From NCBI GenBank assembly GCA_026770705.1, contig JANJGN010000015.1:2418001-2482000 (forward strand): DNA of 64,000 bases, given 5' to 3'. Below are positions 49,061-62,760 of the stretch, piece after piece; position 1 is the stretch's first letter, and every line of letters starts with the position of its first letter. This DNA comes from Isurus oxyrinchus (Eukaryota). The notes beneath the pieces are model-generated. The model did not search any database. It was not told where the DNA came from and was given only the letters and a program-made list of their open reading frames with translations. The position numbers and the translations under genes were made by a program.

Positions 49061-49349
49061 ACGAGGATCAAAGAAAGTTACACAAAGCCATAAATATGAT
49101 CTTGCATGTTTGTACCAGCTTGTCATTGTAACCAGTGATAAACAAATTCCTCTAAAAAAAATGACAAGCTCTGTGTTTGCTCTCATTTTGTCTATGATTC
49201 CAAAATCAGTTCCACTTTCAATACGAGTAAAAGAATAAGGCAGACAAGGGCAGTTGTAAAAGAATATTTGAATGGCACTTTGAATTTGGTAGTGAGAGTC
49301 ACATTGGTATTGAAACGTGATGCTTGGCATTACACATGTTTTAATGGAG

Positions 49350-50570
49350 CAACAACAACAACTTGCATTTCTGTAATTCCTTTAACATAATGAAATGCCC
49401 CCAAAAAGCTTCACAAGGGTACTATAAAGCAAAATTCGAAATTGACCCACAGTGGGAGATATTAGAGCAGATGACTAAAAGCTTGGACAAAGAGGTAGGT
49501 TTTAAAGAACTTCATAAAGGAGGAAATACCAGAGCTTAGGTCTTGTCAGCAGAAGGCACATCTACTAATGGTAGAATAAATAAAATCAGGGATGTTCAAG
49601 AGGGCAGGAATTAGAGAGTGCAGATATATCAGACAGTTGTGGGACTGGAGAAGATTACAGAGATAGGGAGGGGTGAGGCCATGGAGGGATTTGAAAAGAA
49701 AGTGAGCAGTTTAAAACTGAAGAGCTGCTTAACTGTAAGCCATTGTAGGTCACTGATCACAGGGATAATGAGTGAACAGGACCAGTTAGCATATGAGCAG
49801 CAGAGTTTTGGATGATCTCAAGTTTATGGAGGGTAGAGTGTGGGACGCATCTACCTTGTTGAAATAGTCAAGTCTGGAGATAACAAAGGTAAGGGTGAGG
49901 GTTCAGCAGCAGATGAGCTGAGTACAAAACAGGTTTGATCTCTATCTCCACTGCAATGGGGCAAATCTTCCTTCGCCCCTTTCCCAGCCACACTTTCTGC
50001 TCTTCCCTGCTTTTCACCCTTTCTTTCTCCATCCAGCAATGAGAACATTATACTAATTGGCTCCAGAGATTTAAAAAAAGCACAGATAAAGGTTTCAGCA
50101 GTAAAAGGGTTGTGGAGATTGTTGTGCAGTTGATTTTTAGCAGATCCAATAACGAATATGATGTGTTATTTGAAGCTCAGGTCTAGGTCATTAGGACAGT
50201 TTGTTTTTGAACCACAGTGAGTGTCCATTGGAGGCAAATGGAATTGAGTTTATGTTGGGAATCATAAACATTGGCTTTGGTCTTCCTACTGGTCAGTTGG
50301 AGGAAGTTGCAACTTAATGATTTGAGGTGAGACAGGCAATGCAGGGGTGCCAACATGGAGGGGGTAAGGTTTAAGAGAAGTAATAGAGTGGTATAGCTGG
50401 ATGCCATCAACCTATATATGGAAGGCAACCTTGTGCCTGTTTATGGTGTCACCAAGGGGAGGCATATAGATAGGAAAGAGGAGTGGACAATGGTAGTTCA
50501 GCTGGGAACTCTAGAGATGACTCTAGCGATACAGGAATGGAAAGAGGATCTGTTGATGGGAATACACTTG
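49350..50570 (-). mobile_element. Old L2-type LINE 3' portion
   Basis: aacaacaacaacttgcattt tail and gaagattacagagatagggagggg-gaggccatggagggattt. Decayed RT frames. Confidence 0.65.
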
Positions 50571-50943
50571 CTGTTTTTAGTTCGGCAGATGTGGATCTAT
50601 AGCATAGAATCATACAGCATAGCAAGGTACCATTGGCCTGAGTGTGCCACTGCTCACTCTCTGAAACAGCCTTCTACACAGTCCCATTCCCTTACCAAGA
50701 TTCTCTTATTATGAATCCTGGTGGTATATCAGTACCAGTACTGTTTATTAAACTTTCTTATCATTTCTTGCCCTCAAACTTGCTTCTTTTTATCCTCTTT
50801 TGACATTTCTTCATTTCCCTTTCAATGTGTTTGGATACATGTCTTTGTACACTGTGGCTTGCCACACTCATGCAACCTCTGATGCCATCATTTGTAAATA
50901 AGGGTTTTGGGCATTAACCATTTTACACACCAGATGGAACATG

Positions 50944-51717
50944 GGGGAGGATTTCCCCTCATCGGGCAGACACAACGGGCAGGTCCAGGAACCCAAAGGT
51001 TATTGGGGTCAGATGGGAATGTGGAAATTGAAACACAAGAAGATCAGCCATGATCATATTCAATGGCGGAGCAGGCTCGAGGGGCCGAATGGTCTACTCC
51101 TGTTCCTATTTCTTATGTTCTTATGGGCCCCAACTGTGACTTCACCCTGGCTAACCAATTAACAGCCAGCCAGTGTGAAACACACGCTAGGAGCCTCAAC
51201 ACTGCCAGGGTGGGGGCGGGAGGAACGCGAGTGCTGAAGTTTGTGTATACGCAGGGATGCACTCACTGAAAGCCCCCTGAAGGCACAGAGCTGCCTCAGG
51301 AAGCGGAAGATTTTTAAAATGAAAATAAAGGTTCGAAAAATAAGGAAGACATGTCCCCACATGTGACTCTGTCACATGAACAGGGACATGTGAAAAATTA
51401 CTTTAAAAATGTTTTAGTTTTTTTCAGTCATTGTTGGAAACCTCATCCTGCCCATGGATGAGACTTCACAAAAAATGCAAAGGCCACCTGGCCTATTCAC
51501 CTGCCTGCCAACCGTAATGTTGGACGGGCAGTGAAAATTCAATTTAATTAATTGATTAATGGGCTTATTACCCTCTTACTTGTCGGTGGGCGGGCTGCAG
51601 ACTGAAATGTTGCGCAAAATGCGCGATGATGTAAGGATGCTCGTCTGGCGTTATCACGCGCTATTTCAAGCTGGTGTGTCGGGCGCGCGCCCACATGCTG
51701 AGCTGAAAATCGTGCCC
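50944..51717. mobile_element. Harbinger-type MITE containing a CR1 3' tail insertion (~50995-51125)
   Basis: TIRs ggggaggattt / aaaatcgtgccc, TSD ATG/ATA. The insert ends in (ttcttatg)2. Confidence 0.8.
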
Positions 51718-53389
51718 ATAGTGTCAGGAGTGTGCAGTTTACAATTGAGTAGATTTTCCTTGCTGTAAGAGAACCAGCAGCTGTTAAAAAAAACAGCAGA
51801 GAATAATTAAAACTTCAGTCTGTAACTCTATACACAATGACATCTGGTGAGTCATTATGGCTTTGAATATTCCAGTACCTTCATCTGTGGAAATGAAAAG
51901 GGATTTGAGAGTGAATTGGAATTTCTTCCAGTCCCAGGGGCAGAATTATGAGATTGCCACTGTGTTAAACAAGAAACCTAAACAAATAGAGTAGCAACTC
52001 TGTTATCAGTGCTGAGGAAAGATTGCTACAAGCTGCATTGCATCCTAGACCTCATTGAAGTGTAGAAAAGCCAGACGTGTAACATTTTGGAGGCCTTGAA
52101 ACCCACTTTGAACCCTCCACCAACTTCATTTATGAATGCTATATGTTTAACACTGGAGCTCGGGAAGAGAGGGAGAATATTGATCAGCAGGGTCAGGGAG
52201 AGAAATCATGGGCCCTGGTGCTTCTCCTCTTTCCAGGCCCCTTATTCCCCACTCCCCACACTTAACCCTTCCTCTCAATCACGCATGGTATTTTTCCCCC
52301 TTTCACCAATCACAGAAAGGTGCCGGTAAAATGATAACGCCTATTGTTGACATCTGAATACAAATATCATCCGATATATATGCAGCATGGGTCATTAATG
52401 TTAGGAGCCACAACAATCTATAGACAGGGTTAATTTGTGTGCACACTACAGGTGATCCCACAGTGACTATTAAACCACAGAGTACAAATTTTACTTATCA
52501 GCATTGTGCAATATACTTAATCTGACAGGAAAATGTCCTATTAGTTATTTATAACACTGTGCAGATGATAAAGCTGATTTTGGTGACTGTTTCAGCCCTC
52601 ATTAACGTGTTCTGCACATTGCACCATATGAACATGATAACAGTAAATTCACATTTGGAGGAAAGATTCAGTACTTGCAACCCAGATAAACTGCACAAGA
52701 TCTTTTCCATTTTGTAGAAGAATTATACGACTTTCTCCTGCTTGGGTGTGTGATATTATTCAATATAATTATTCCATAGAAGGGATGCAATGCGATTCTA
52801 TGTTATCAGTAATCTCACAGGGTAGAAAGATCAAATGGCTCCTGAGCAACAAAGTAGGAATGATTAAACAACCTTTATGGTCGGTGAGTAGCATTGGAGT
52901 CTCCAGGTGTCCCTGTGCAACACAACTTTTAAGAGGCCAGAGGTGAAAGACTGAATGGTTCACAATTGTATCCATGTTTTCTTGATCAGCAAGTCTGAGG
53001 TCTCTGCTGACCACTGCTTCCCTCTACAATATATTTTCAATATCTACTGTGCAACGCAACTTTATCGTCATATTTCCTTCCGCAAAAACTTATAAAGCCA
53101 CCAAGAAAGACTGGACTAAAAGGTAAGTAGACAAAAGGACAAGATTGAAGTCAATGGAAAAGGCTCTTAAGAATCATGTACAGGATAAGACAGGTTACTG
53201 ATTCACTATGAGCCCATTATGCCCTCCTGTCCTGGCAATTTCACCCCACAAAGCCTGTTCACGGTGAAATTCCATTAGCAACAAAATAAACAGAACTCCA
53301 ACTATGATTCCATTCTCTGTTCACAAGATAATTATGGATGGCAAAGGTCATCTAGCCCAGCTCATCTCATCTGATCCATCCAGAATTTC

Positions 53390-54056
53390 TTTTTCTTCGT
53401 TCATGTATGTGAGTCTTACTGGCTAAGCCAAAATTTATTTCCCATCCCTAATTGCCCTTGAGAAGGTGGTGGTGAGCTGCCTTCTTGAACTGCTGCAGTC
53501 CATGTGGTGTAGGTGCACCCACAGTGCTGTTAGGGAGGGAGTTCTAGGATTTTGACCCAGTGACAGTGAAGGAACGGTGATATATTTCCAAGTCACAATG
53601 ATGAGTGACTTGGAGGGAAACTTCCAGGTGGTGGTGTTCCCATCTGTCTGCTGCTCTTGTCCTTCTAGATGGTGGTGGTCGTGGGTTTGGAAGATGCTAT
53701 CTAAGGAGGCTCGGTGAGCTCCTGCAGTGCATCTTGTAAATGGTACACACTGCTGCCACTGTATGTCAGTGGTGGAGGGAGTGAATGCTTATGGATGGGG
53801 TGCCAATTAAGTGGGCTGCTTTGTTCTGGATGGTGTCAAGCTTCTTGAGTGTTGCTGGAGCTGCATTCATCCAGGCAAGTGAACAGTATTCCATCGCACT
53901 CCTGATTTGTGCTTTGTAGATGGTGGATAGACTTTGGGGAGTCAGGAGGTGAGTTATTTGCACCAGGCTTCCTAGCCTCTGAAGTGCTCTAGTAGCCACA
54001 ATATTTATAGGGTTAGTCTCGTTCACTTTTTGATCAATGGTAACCCCAAGACATTG
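53390..54056 (-). mobile_element. LINE-A 3' fragment
   Basis: LGVTIDQK...LTPQSLSTIYKAQIRSAMEY plus 3' UTR. Confidence 0.88.
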
Positions 54057-54647
54057 ATAGAATGATATATGAACATATGCATTAGAAGCAGGAGTCAGCC
54101 ATTCATCCCCTCGAGCTTGTTCTACCATTTGATAACATTGCCTACATTATACCAGTGACTACTCAAAAATATGTTATTGGCTGTAAAGTGATTTGAGACA
54201 TCATGAAAGATGTTGTATCAATGTAGCTTTTGTCCTTCCTTCATTGCATTAGGCAGAGTGACCATAGCAATGGTGAAATTGGAGATCCATTGCTGATTCT
54301 CTAAGGATATTTAATCACAGAGCAATCAACGGATGTTAGGAAAGTGGCTACAAATAAACCACTACATTTACAAAACAATTCAACACTGTAGATAATACAA
54401 CCTTACCATTCTGACTTCTCTGGCACCGACCCACAATATACATAAATGGCATCTGCCCTTTTATGCTAATGATACAATTCCCAGGATTTATCAAAAGACA
54501 TTTACTAGCATCTTAGGAAAAATGTAGATTGAATTGTTGATCTGAATTTTTCAGAGAAGAATGATAAAAGGCACATAAATTAAGTGAGGCCTTAACTCAA
54601 GAATTGGATTGTTCCCCTTATCTCCAGAAGCTGTCAAACAAATTGTA

Positions 54648-54772
54648 TTAAAAGCAAAATACTGCGGATGCTAGAAATCTGAAATTAAAACAGAAAATGC
54701 TGGAAAAGCTTATCAGGTCTGACAGCATCTGAGGAGAGTGAAACAGAGTTAACATTTCAAGTCTGTATGACC
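54648..54772. mobile_element. Penelope pLTR fragment
   Basis: aaagcaaaatactgcggatgctagaaatctgaaa...aacagagttaacatttc. Confidence 0.75.
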
Positions 54773-54774
54773 CG

Positions 54775-54860
54775 TTTTCTATTTTAGGCTGTGAATTCAA
54801 ATAAAACAGCACAATACAAATTGTGTTGTTGTATTTGAATTTACAGCCTAAAAAGGAAAA
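54775..54860. repeat. ~86-nt near-perfect hairpin
   Basis: ttttaggctgtgaattcaaata..acagcacaat-acaa-attgtgttgt..tatttgaatttacagcctaaaa. Confidence 0.8.
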
Positions 54861-55629
54861 ATGTACTTGATAAATAAAAAAACTCCAACAGCGCCAAAAG
54901 AGTGACACCCTCACCCCACCCTAATCTTCCCCATGCCATCCCAACACCTCCAACTTCCCCCACCTCACACGCCCAACCCCCCCAAACACCCCCACCCCCA
55001 AACCATCCCCCCCCACCACCAACTCCTCCAGCACCCGATTAGCTCGAAGAGATTTCACGTACCATTTTTCATGCAGGAACATTTCAGTTGCTGTACTGCT
55101 ACCGTTGACCTTTGGGCAGCTTTCATGGTTTTCTGGCGGGCTTTTCAAAAAGATTCAGAGCAACAAAGTTGCCTGAAGGTCAGAAGTGGCGGCCACAGCG
55201 GCACAGTGAAACTGACATGACAAGCCAGCTTTTAAAAAAAACATTGGCACTCTCAAGCTGATGGTTCTGACTTTTTTTTAAAGTTGTTCCTTCAGGTCTG
55301 CAGCACTGCTTCTGGCTGCTCAGGCTAGGGGGCAAGAAACTCCATTTACAGCAACAAGCCCAGGCCCCCCACCCTCCATAGCCCCGGGCCCTGGTGTTTG
55401 GCACCGTCTGCATCCATCCCCCTCTCTCAGGCCCTGTTGTTCAGTATGTGACTGCACCGAGAAGTCTAGCAGAATTTTGAGTTTCGGCAAATTGAAAGAT
55501 GATCTCAGAGGTAGGACTGTCTTCAGAACTAGAGAATCTACTATGGGAGCATGTCAGCCGAGAGAAGAGAAGCTTACTCTCAAGAAAACTATTGACGTGT
55601 ACAGAAGCTCGGAGGTGGTTCATTTTTAA

Positions 55630-56238
55630 AAAATTCATTCATGAGATATGGGCTTCGCTGGCTGGGCCAGCATTTATTGCCCATCCCTTATTGCCCTTGA
55701 GAAGGTGGTGGTGAGCTGCTTCTTGAACCGCTGCAGTCCATGTGGTGTAGGTACATCCACAGTGCTGTTAGGGAGGGAGTTCCAGGATTTTGACCCAGTG
55801 ATAGTGAAGGAACGGTGATATATTTCCAAGTCAGGATGGTGAGTGGCTTGGAGGGGAACTTCCAGGTAGTGGTGTTCCCATGGGTGAAATTTAACAGCTC
55901 CGTTGTGGCGGGGGTGGGGTCATAAAATGCAGTGAGCCATTCAAAAGTCCATTCATTTCGGCAGGACCATAAAATCCCGCTGGCGTTAAATTCCACCCCA
56001 TGTGTTTGTTGCCCCTTGTCCTTCTAGATGGTAGTGATTGTGGGATTGGAAGGTGCTGCCTAAGAAACTCTGGTGAGTTCTTGCTGTGCATCTTGTAGAT
56101 GGTACACACTGTTGCTACTATGTGTCAGTGGTGGAGGGAGTGAATGTTTGTGGATGTAGTGCCAATCAAGCAGGCAGCTTTGTGCTGGATGGTGTCGAGC
56201 TTCTTGAGTGTTGTAGGAGCTGCACTCATCCAGGCAAT
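55630..56238 (-). mobile_element. LINE-A 3' fragment with MITE insertion
   Basis: Matches 53390-53880. Confidence 0.85.
55882..55998. mobile_element. 117-bp Harbinger-type mini-MITE
   Basis: TIRs gggtgaaatttaac / gttaaattccaccc and a perfect TSD CAT. The empty site is seen at 53635-53645. Confidence 0.85.
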
Positions 56239-56239
56239 C

Positions 56240-59200
56240 ATCAGTCAGAGGGTATAGACGGGAGAACTGAGGGGTTTTTGCAGTTTGTTGAGAGGCAGTC
56301 TGAGCCTTTAAAGCACAAGACAATAGAGAAAAGGAAGGACTGTTTACGGAGACACCTGCAGAATGATCAAGGCCAAAGTACAGGATATATATACTGTGGA
56401 GAACATCACACAAAAGAAAAGAAAGCATGTCCAACGTGGGGAAAGCCGTGCTCTAAATGCAAAAAACGGAATCACGTTGAACACACGTCTTTTGCTGAAA
56501 GCAAGTCTATAAAGATGGTTGCTGGAGGGATGTCAGGTGATGATTCCAGTGAATCTCTCTATACCCTCGAACAGTTTGGCACCGTCAAGTCTCAAGATAA
56601 AAAATGGTTTGTGACTGGTGGAATGATGACAGTACAAGGAGAGCATCAAGTTAATTTGAAGTGATAGATACATACCGGTCATATGTGCAACATCATGAGC
56701 TTTGTAGACTTGTGTGAAGCTGGTCAAGATGATGACCCAAAAATAAAGCCATTGAAGGTAAAGTTGAGGCTCCATGGTGGAATGATGATTGCCCCAAGAG
56801 AACAAACTAAGCTGAGAGTCCAATGCAATAGGAAGAAAGAAGATAGTGGGCACTAAGCAAAATCCCTTCAGCTCAGTTGAAACAAGTCAAAAGCTTGGAC
56901 TGGTAACCCTTCACATACTGGGAGAGATTTTCAGTATTTCGCATGGCACAAAACCATTGGCTGCTGAACAGATCCTGACAAATTACAAAGATGTTTTCAC
57001 AGATCTTGAATGTCTTCCTAGTGAATATCATCTTGAAGTAGTTGAGAGTGTGAGGCCAACTCAACATCTCCCAAGGAGAGCTGCAGCTCCCCTCAACACC
57101 AGCCTTAAAGACAAGATCGAGGAACGTGAAGAAATGGGAGTAATCAATGACAGCCCGTACAGACTGGATTCACAGCGTGACAGCAGTTAAAACACCTGGA
57201 AAACTGAGAATATGCACAGATCCAAAAGACTCAATAAAACTTTGATGAGATCTCACTACCCCATGCCAACATTGAAAAACTGTTGTCACAAACTTGCCAA
57301 GACAAAGGTCTTCACTACCCTAGATGCAAAGAATGGATATAGGAGTTCCCTGACAACGTTCTGGATGCCATTTGGGAGGTACAGATGGTTGAGCATTGTT
57401 GCTCACGAATGGTAAATGCAGACAGCATAAGATAGTCAATCTGTTTCCAGGAGTGGAAGCGATTGGGGATGATTTGCTAGTCGATGGATGTGGAGATATG
57501 ATAAAAGATGCCATCGGAGACCATGATCAGAATCTAGTGAGACGGCTAGAAAGTGCTCGCCGGGTGAACCTGAAACTGAACAAGAAAAAACTGCAACTGA
57601 AGATGACTGACGTGAAGTACATAGGTCATGTAATGGCAGCGAAAAGACTTCACCCTGATCTTAATAAGGCCCAAGCAGTGATGCAGCAACCAACAGATGT
57701 GAATACGGTGCAAATATTTGTAACCTACTTAGCCAACTTCTTGCCCAATTTGTTGTCAGTGTGAACCTCTACACGAGCTCACTGTAAATGATATTCAGTG
57801 GCATTAGGACACAGAATAAAATGCAGCTTTCACTCACATCAAACTACTAGTGACAACATCACCAGCACAATGCTGTCCACCATCAAGGCATGCTGCAATG
57901 TGATGCTAGCAAAACAGGACTTGGACCTCATGCAGCAAGGACAACCAGTTGAGTTTGCATCTAGAGCATTAACACAAACTGAATGGTTGAGACTGAGTGC
58001 CTGGCTATTGTCTTTGATTGACAGCATTTTAATCAGTAATTGTTTGGGAAGGGGAAAGTGATGGGACAGTCTGCTACAAACCATTTCAAAGCATCTTTCT
58101 TAAATTGCTTCTATCTGCTCCAAAGTGTCTGCCAAGGAATTTACTTTATTTGCAGTGATATCATTTCTAAGTGAAGTACAAGCAAGGAAAACAGATGTAC
58201 ATCAGCGACATGCTAGCAACAGCTGCACTCCCTTTGAAGAAAGTTGATGTTAGTACAGGTTGTGAAATCTTCCAGTTTCAACAAGAAACAACAGCACGGC
58301 CTGCTTTGGAGGTCATCAACCCAGCAGAGAGTTGAATCTGACAGACGAGCATCTTGCTCAGATCAAGAAAACTATACAAAAGTCAACTCTCCAAGTACTG
58401 CAGGACATTGTGATGAAAGGATGGCCTGAAACCACTAAGGACACGCCTGTTGCTATAAGAGTGTATTGGGCATACAGGGATAAGGTGATTGCCCAAGATG
58501 GCGTCTTGTATAAAGGAACTAGAGTTATTATCCCAAAGTGTTATGGACAGGAGGAGGTTTAATTTAAACAGCCCTAATTTCTCCTCTCACCACCCTTCTG
58601 TAAACAGAAAGGTTTTTTTGATTTTGATTTCCTCCTTTATAAGTGGTGGCGTATTTCCAACCCCTCAGTTTTGGTGTGATCCAATTTTTATTAATAACCC
58701 TACAGCAAAAACAAGATAGGGTAAACTCAGAGCATTAGTTTATTCACACTAACTCAAAATGCAGGAGTGAGGAGTCACTATGTGACCCCTGGTGCATTCG
58801 TTCAATAAAAGAGGGATAGAGAAAGAAAGATTTACAGCAAAGACCACAGAGCAAAGAAATATTTTCTCACATGACTCCAAAGCCCAGAATCAAAGTCCAA
58901 ATGGTGTATTCCTTCACAGAGGTCAGCAGGTTGAAGACTGATGCTGGATAATTCACTTTTCCAGTGGAGATGACATCCATGATGGGTTAGGCATGTACAG
59001 ATGAATTAGTCTCATAGGTGCTGGCATAGAAGTTCAATAGTTCCAGTAGAAACAGTGTAGATGGGGGGGGGGGCAGAGCATTGGTGGGGGGGGCATTCAA
59101 ACCTGGATAGGACCCTTTTTCTGAGCTGCTGCTTTCTAGATAAAAAATTGGCAGACTGATTGGCAGTACAGCAAGACAGTGTTAGAGGATCCTCCAGCTA

Positions 59201-60612
59201 AGGGGTCTTGTCTCAAGGCTCCCACCTATCCACTTTTGCTTTGACAGGGATATATATTCTTTTGTCCGGATTCTGAAAATTGTTCATGTTTCAACCATTA
59301 CGAATTTTAAAAGGGTTTGCAGGGTCCTTTGTCCTTGCAGACTGGTAGATTCTGGTGGCTTATGAAACGTGGATGGCTTTTGTAGAATTCCCTTTGAATT
59401 GGATCTCTGCAGTCAATCAGATCCAGCACAGATGTGTACAAGGCAATCTTAGAGTGGAGAAACACACCTGCTGAAGGCATGGGAAATAATCCAGTCCAGC
59501 AACTAATGTCACTCTGCACCCGGACTACTCTCCAATACCAAAAAAATACTGAAGCCAGAAGTAGTAACAGGAATGGGTGCCAAAATCCAAGCAAAACAAC
59601 AAAGCCAAATGTCAGTTTGATAAAGCAGCCATATCATTGCCAGAGCTGGGAGTTGGAGATCCAGTCAGATTGCAAACATTTAATGCACTGAACAAAAATC
59701 AGCCCACTTGGCAATGTGGGACCTGTGTAGAGCAGTCTTGATCTGAATTGTATATGATGAATGTGGATGACCAGATATATCACTGCAACAGCAGACCTGT
59801 CCATGCAACTGAAGAAGCTGTTCCTTCTCAGCAGACATCTGTGGAGAATAGCTCACCTTCTGACTCCCCAAAGCCTGTCCACCATCTGCAAGGCACAATT
59901 CAGGAGTGAGACGGAATACTCTCCACATGCCCAGATGAGTGCCGCTCCAAAATCACTCAAGAAGCTCAACACCATTCAGGAGGAAGCAGACTGCTTGACT
60001 GGCACCCCATCCATCACCTTCAACAACCACTCCCTCCACCACCGATGCACAGTGGCAACAGTGTATAGCATCTAAATGATGCACTGCAAGAACTCACCAA
60101 AGCTCCTTTAACAGCACCTTCCAAACCCACGATGTCTACCATCTAGAAAGACAAAGGTAGCAGATGCATGGGAACACCACCAGCATCTTGACTTGGAGCT
60201 TTTTGGCCGTTTGTTCACTGTCATTGGGTCAAAGTCCTGAAACATCCTCCCTGACAGCACTGTGGATGTATCTACACCACATGTACTGCAGTGGCTCACT
60301 ACCACCTTCGAGGTCAATCAGGGATGGGCAATAAAAATGCTGGCCTAGCCTGTGACCTGCATGTCCCATGAAAGAATTAAAAACATCTCATGAGGAGGAT
60401 CTGATTTGGAAACAGAAGAAGGAACTGAATGGCCATCAATCCCAGAGGTCAACTGTTCCCCAACAAATGCAATGGGTCAGCAGCAACGACATTGTCCGGG
60501 GAGGCAACATCACCCCAGGAATCAGCAGGCACCAGATGAACAGCCAACAACAACAACATGTACACATGACATTAGAAGCCCTGAATGCTTTAAAGATTGC
60601 ATATGTTAGAGA
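56240..60612 (+). mobile_element. Decayed Ty3/Gypsy gag-pol with nested LTR-like (~58539-59400) and LINE-A (59845-60380) insertions
   Basis: Zinc knuckle CPTWGKPCSKCKKRNH; RT motifs FTTLDAKNGY, PFGRYRWL and IGDDLLV; RH PVEFASRALTQTE; IN YRDKVIAQDGVLYKGTRVIIP and LEWRNTP; tail IRSPECFKD. Confidence 0.85.
59845..60380 (+). mobile_element. LINE-A 3' fragment
   Basis: AHLLTPQSLSTICKAQFRSETEYSP plus 3' UTR. Confidence 0.85.
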
Positions 60613-60614
60613 TA

Positions 60615-62760
60615 TAGAACATAGAACCTTAGGAAAGTTATGGCAGGAAGAGGCCATTGAGCCCATTGTGTCTGCACCAGCCAAAAGAGAAAAAAGAAAC
60701 TAGCCGCTCACTTTAATCTCAGTTTCCAGCACCTGGTCCGTAGCCTTGCGGGTTACAGCACTTCAGATGCAGATCCACTTATTTTAAATGAGTTGAGCAT
60801 TTCAGCCTCAACCACTGAATTAGGCAGTGAATTCCAGACACCCTCCACCCTCTGGGTGAAAGTATTTCCTCATGTCTCCTCTAATCCTTCTACCAATCAC
60901 CTTAAATCTATGGCCCATGGTAACTGACCCCTCAGCTAGGGGAAACAAGTCTTTATTGTCTGCTCTATCTAGGCCCCTCAAAATTTAGTATACCTCAATT
61001 AGGTTATCCCTTAGCCTCCTCTGTTCTAAGGAAAACATCCCTAGCCTATCCAGTCTCTCTCATAGCTGCAATTTTCAAGTCCTGGTATCATTCTTGTAAA
61101 TCTCCTCTGCACCCTCTCCAAACCAATTATGTCCTTCCTGTGATGTGATGACCAGAACTGTACACAAAATTCCAACTGTGGCCTAACCAGCGTTTTATAC
61201 CGTTCCATCATTATATCCCTGCTTTTGTATTCAATAGCTCGCCCAATAAAGGAAAGCATTCCATAAGCTTTCTTGACCACATTGTCCACTTGTCCTGCCA
61301 CCTTCAAGGACCTGTGGACATGCACTCCAAGGTCTTTCACTTCCTCAATCCGTCTCAGTAACTTCCCATTTATTGACTATTCCCTCACTTTGTTTCTCCT
61401 CCCCACATGCATTACCTCACACTTTTCTGGATTGAATTCCATTTACCACTTCTCCGCCCACTCAAGCCATCAATATCATTCTGGGGTCGACAGCTATCCT
61501 CTTCACCATCAACTACACAGCCAATTTTTTGTGTCATCTGAAAATTTCCCAATCATGCCTCCTACATTTAGTCTAAATCATCTTTTTTATCCCTCTCCAT
61601 AACCTCCCTGAAAACTCTATATTCAGGGATGTTGAGCTGCCATTTTTGCCCCTCTTTAAGCCAAGTTTCCACTGTAGCGATGATATTATGCTGCCATGTG
61701 TCCATCTGTGTCCTCAGCTCATCAGCTTTATTAACTATGCTCCTTGCATTTACATATACACCTTTTAACACTGCCAAATTCCTGTGCTGCACGCTTTTTA
61801 ATCTGTGCTGCTTTGTCTTTCAGAGTCACTCACTAATTCTCCATCTCCTATTCCCTGCTCTGAATTTGCCCTCAGGTTCCCATCTCCTTGCCAATCTAAT
61901 TTAAAACCCTCATAACAGCACTAGCAAATCTCCCTCCGAGGATATTCATCTCAGTCCTGTTCAGTGGTAGCTTGTACAGATCCCACCTTCCTCAGAACCA
62001 GTCCAATGCATCAAGAATCTGATGCCTTCCCTCCTACACCAGCTTTCCAGCCACATGTTTATTCGCTCAATTCTCCTATTTCTATATTCACTTGTATGTG
62101 GGACTAGGAGTAATCCTGAGATGAGTGCTTTAGAGGTCCTGCTTTTCAACCTCCTTCCTAGCTCCATGAAATCTGCTTTCAGGACCTCATCCCCTTTCCT
62201 CCCTAATTCATTGTACCGACATGGACCACGACCTCTGGCTGATCACTCTCCCCCAGAAGAATGTCCTACAGTCACTCCGTGACACACTTGACCCTGGCAC
62301 CAGGGAAACAACATACCATCCTGGAGTCATGTCTACAGCCACAGAAAAGCCTGTCTGTTCCCCTAACTAAAGAATCCCCTATTACTACTGCTCTTCCTCT
62401 CTTTTTCCTCCCATCCTGTACAGCCTCTGCCTGTGGTGCCACAAACTTGGCTCTGAGTGCACTCCTCCGAGGAACCAACACCCTCACCAGTATCAAAAAT
62501 GGAAAACTGATTGGTGAGCGGGGTCCCAGGGAACTCTTGTACTACTTGCCTAGTTCTCTTGGGCTGCCTGGTGGTCACCCATTCCCTTTCAGCCTCCAGT
62601 CTCCTAAGCTGCGGTGTGACCACCTCTCTGAAGGAGCTCAAGGTTGTGCAGCTTGTGACATTTCCTGCACAGGTGGTTGTCTAGGACACTGGTAGCATCC
62701 ACAACTTCCCACATGTTACAGGACATGCATTCCACATGACTGAGCTGCCTTGCCACGGCT
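60615..62760 (-). mobile_element. CR1 LINE retaining ORF1 (zinc finger plus SGNH esterase) and ORF2 ends, with a large internal deletion
   Basis: AVVIGDSLVRGTDRLFCG...CCFPGARV; endonuclease start YVNARSIVNKADEL..ETWL joined at ~61580 to the RT C-terminus LVRPQLEFCVQFW. Confidence 0.9.
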
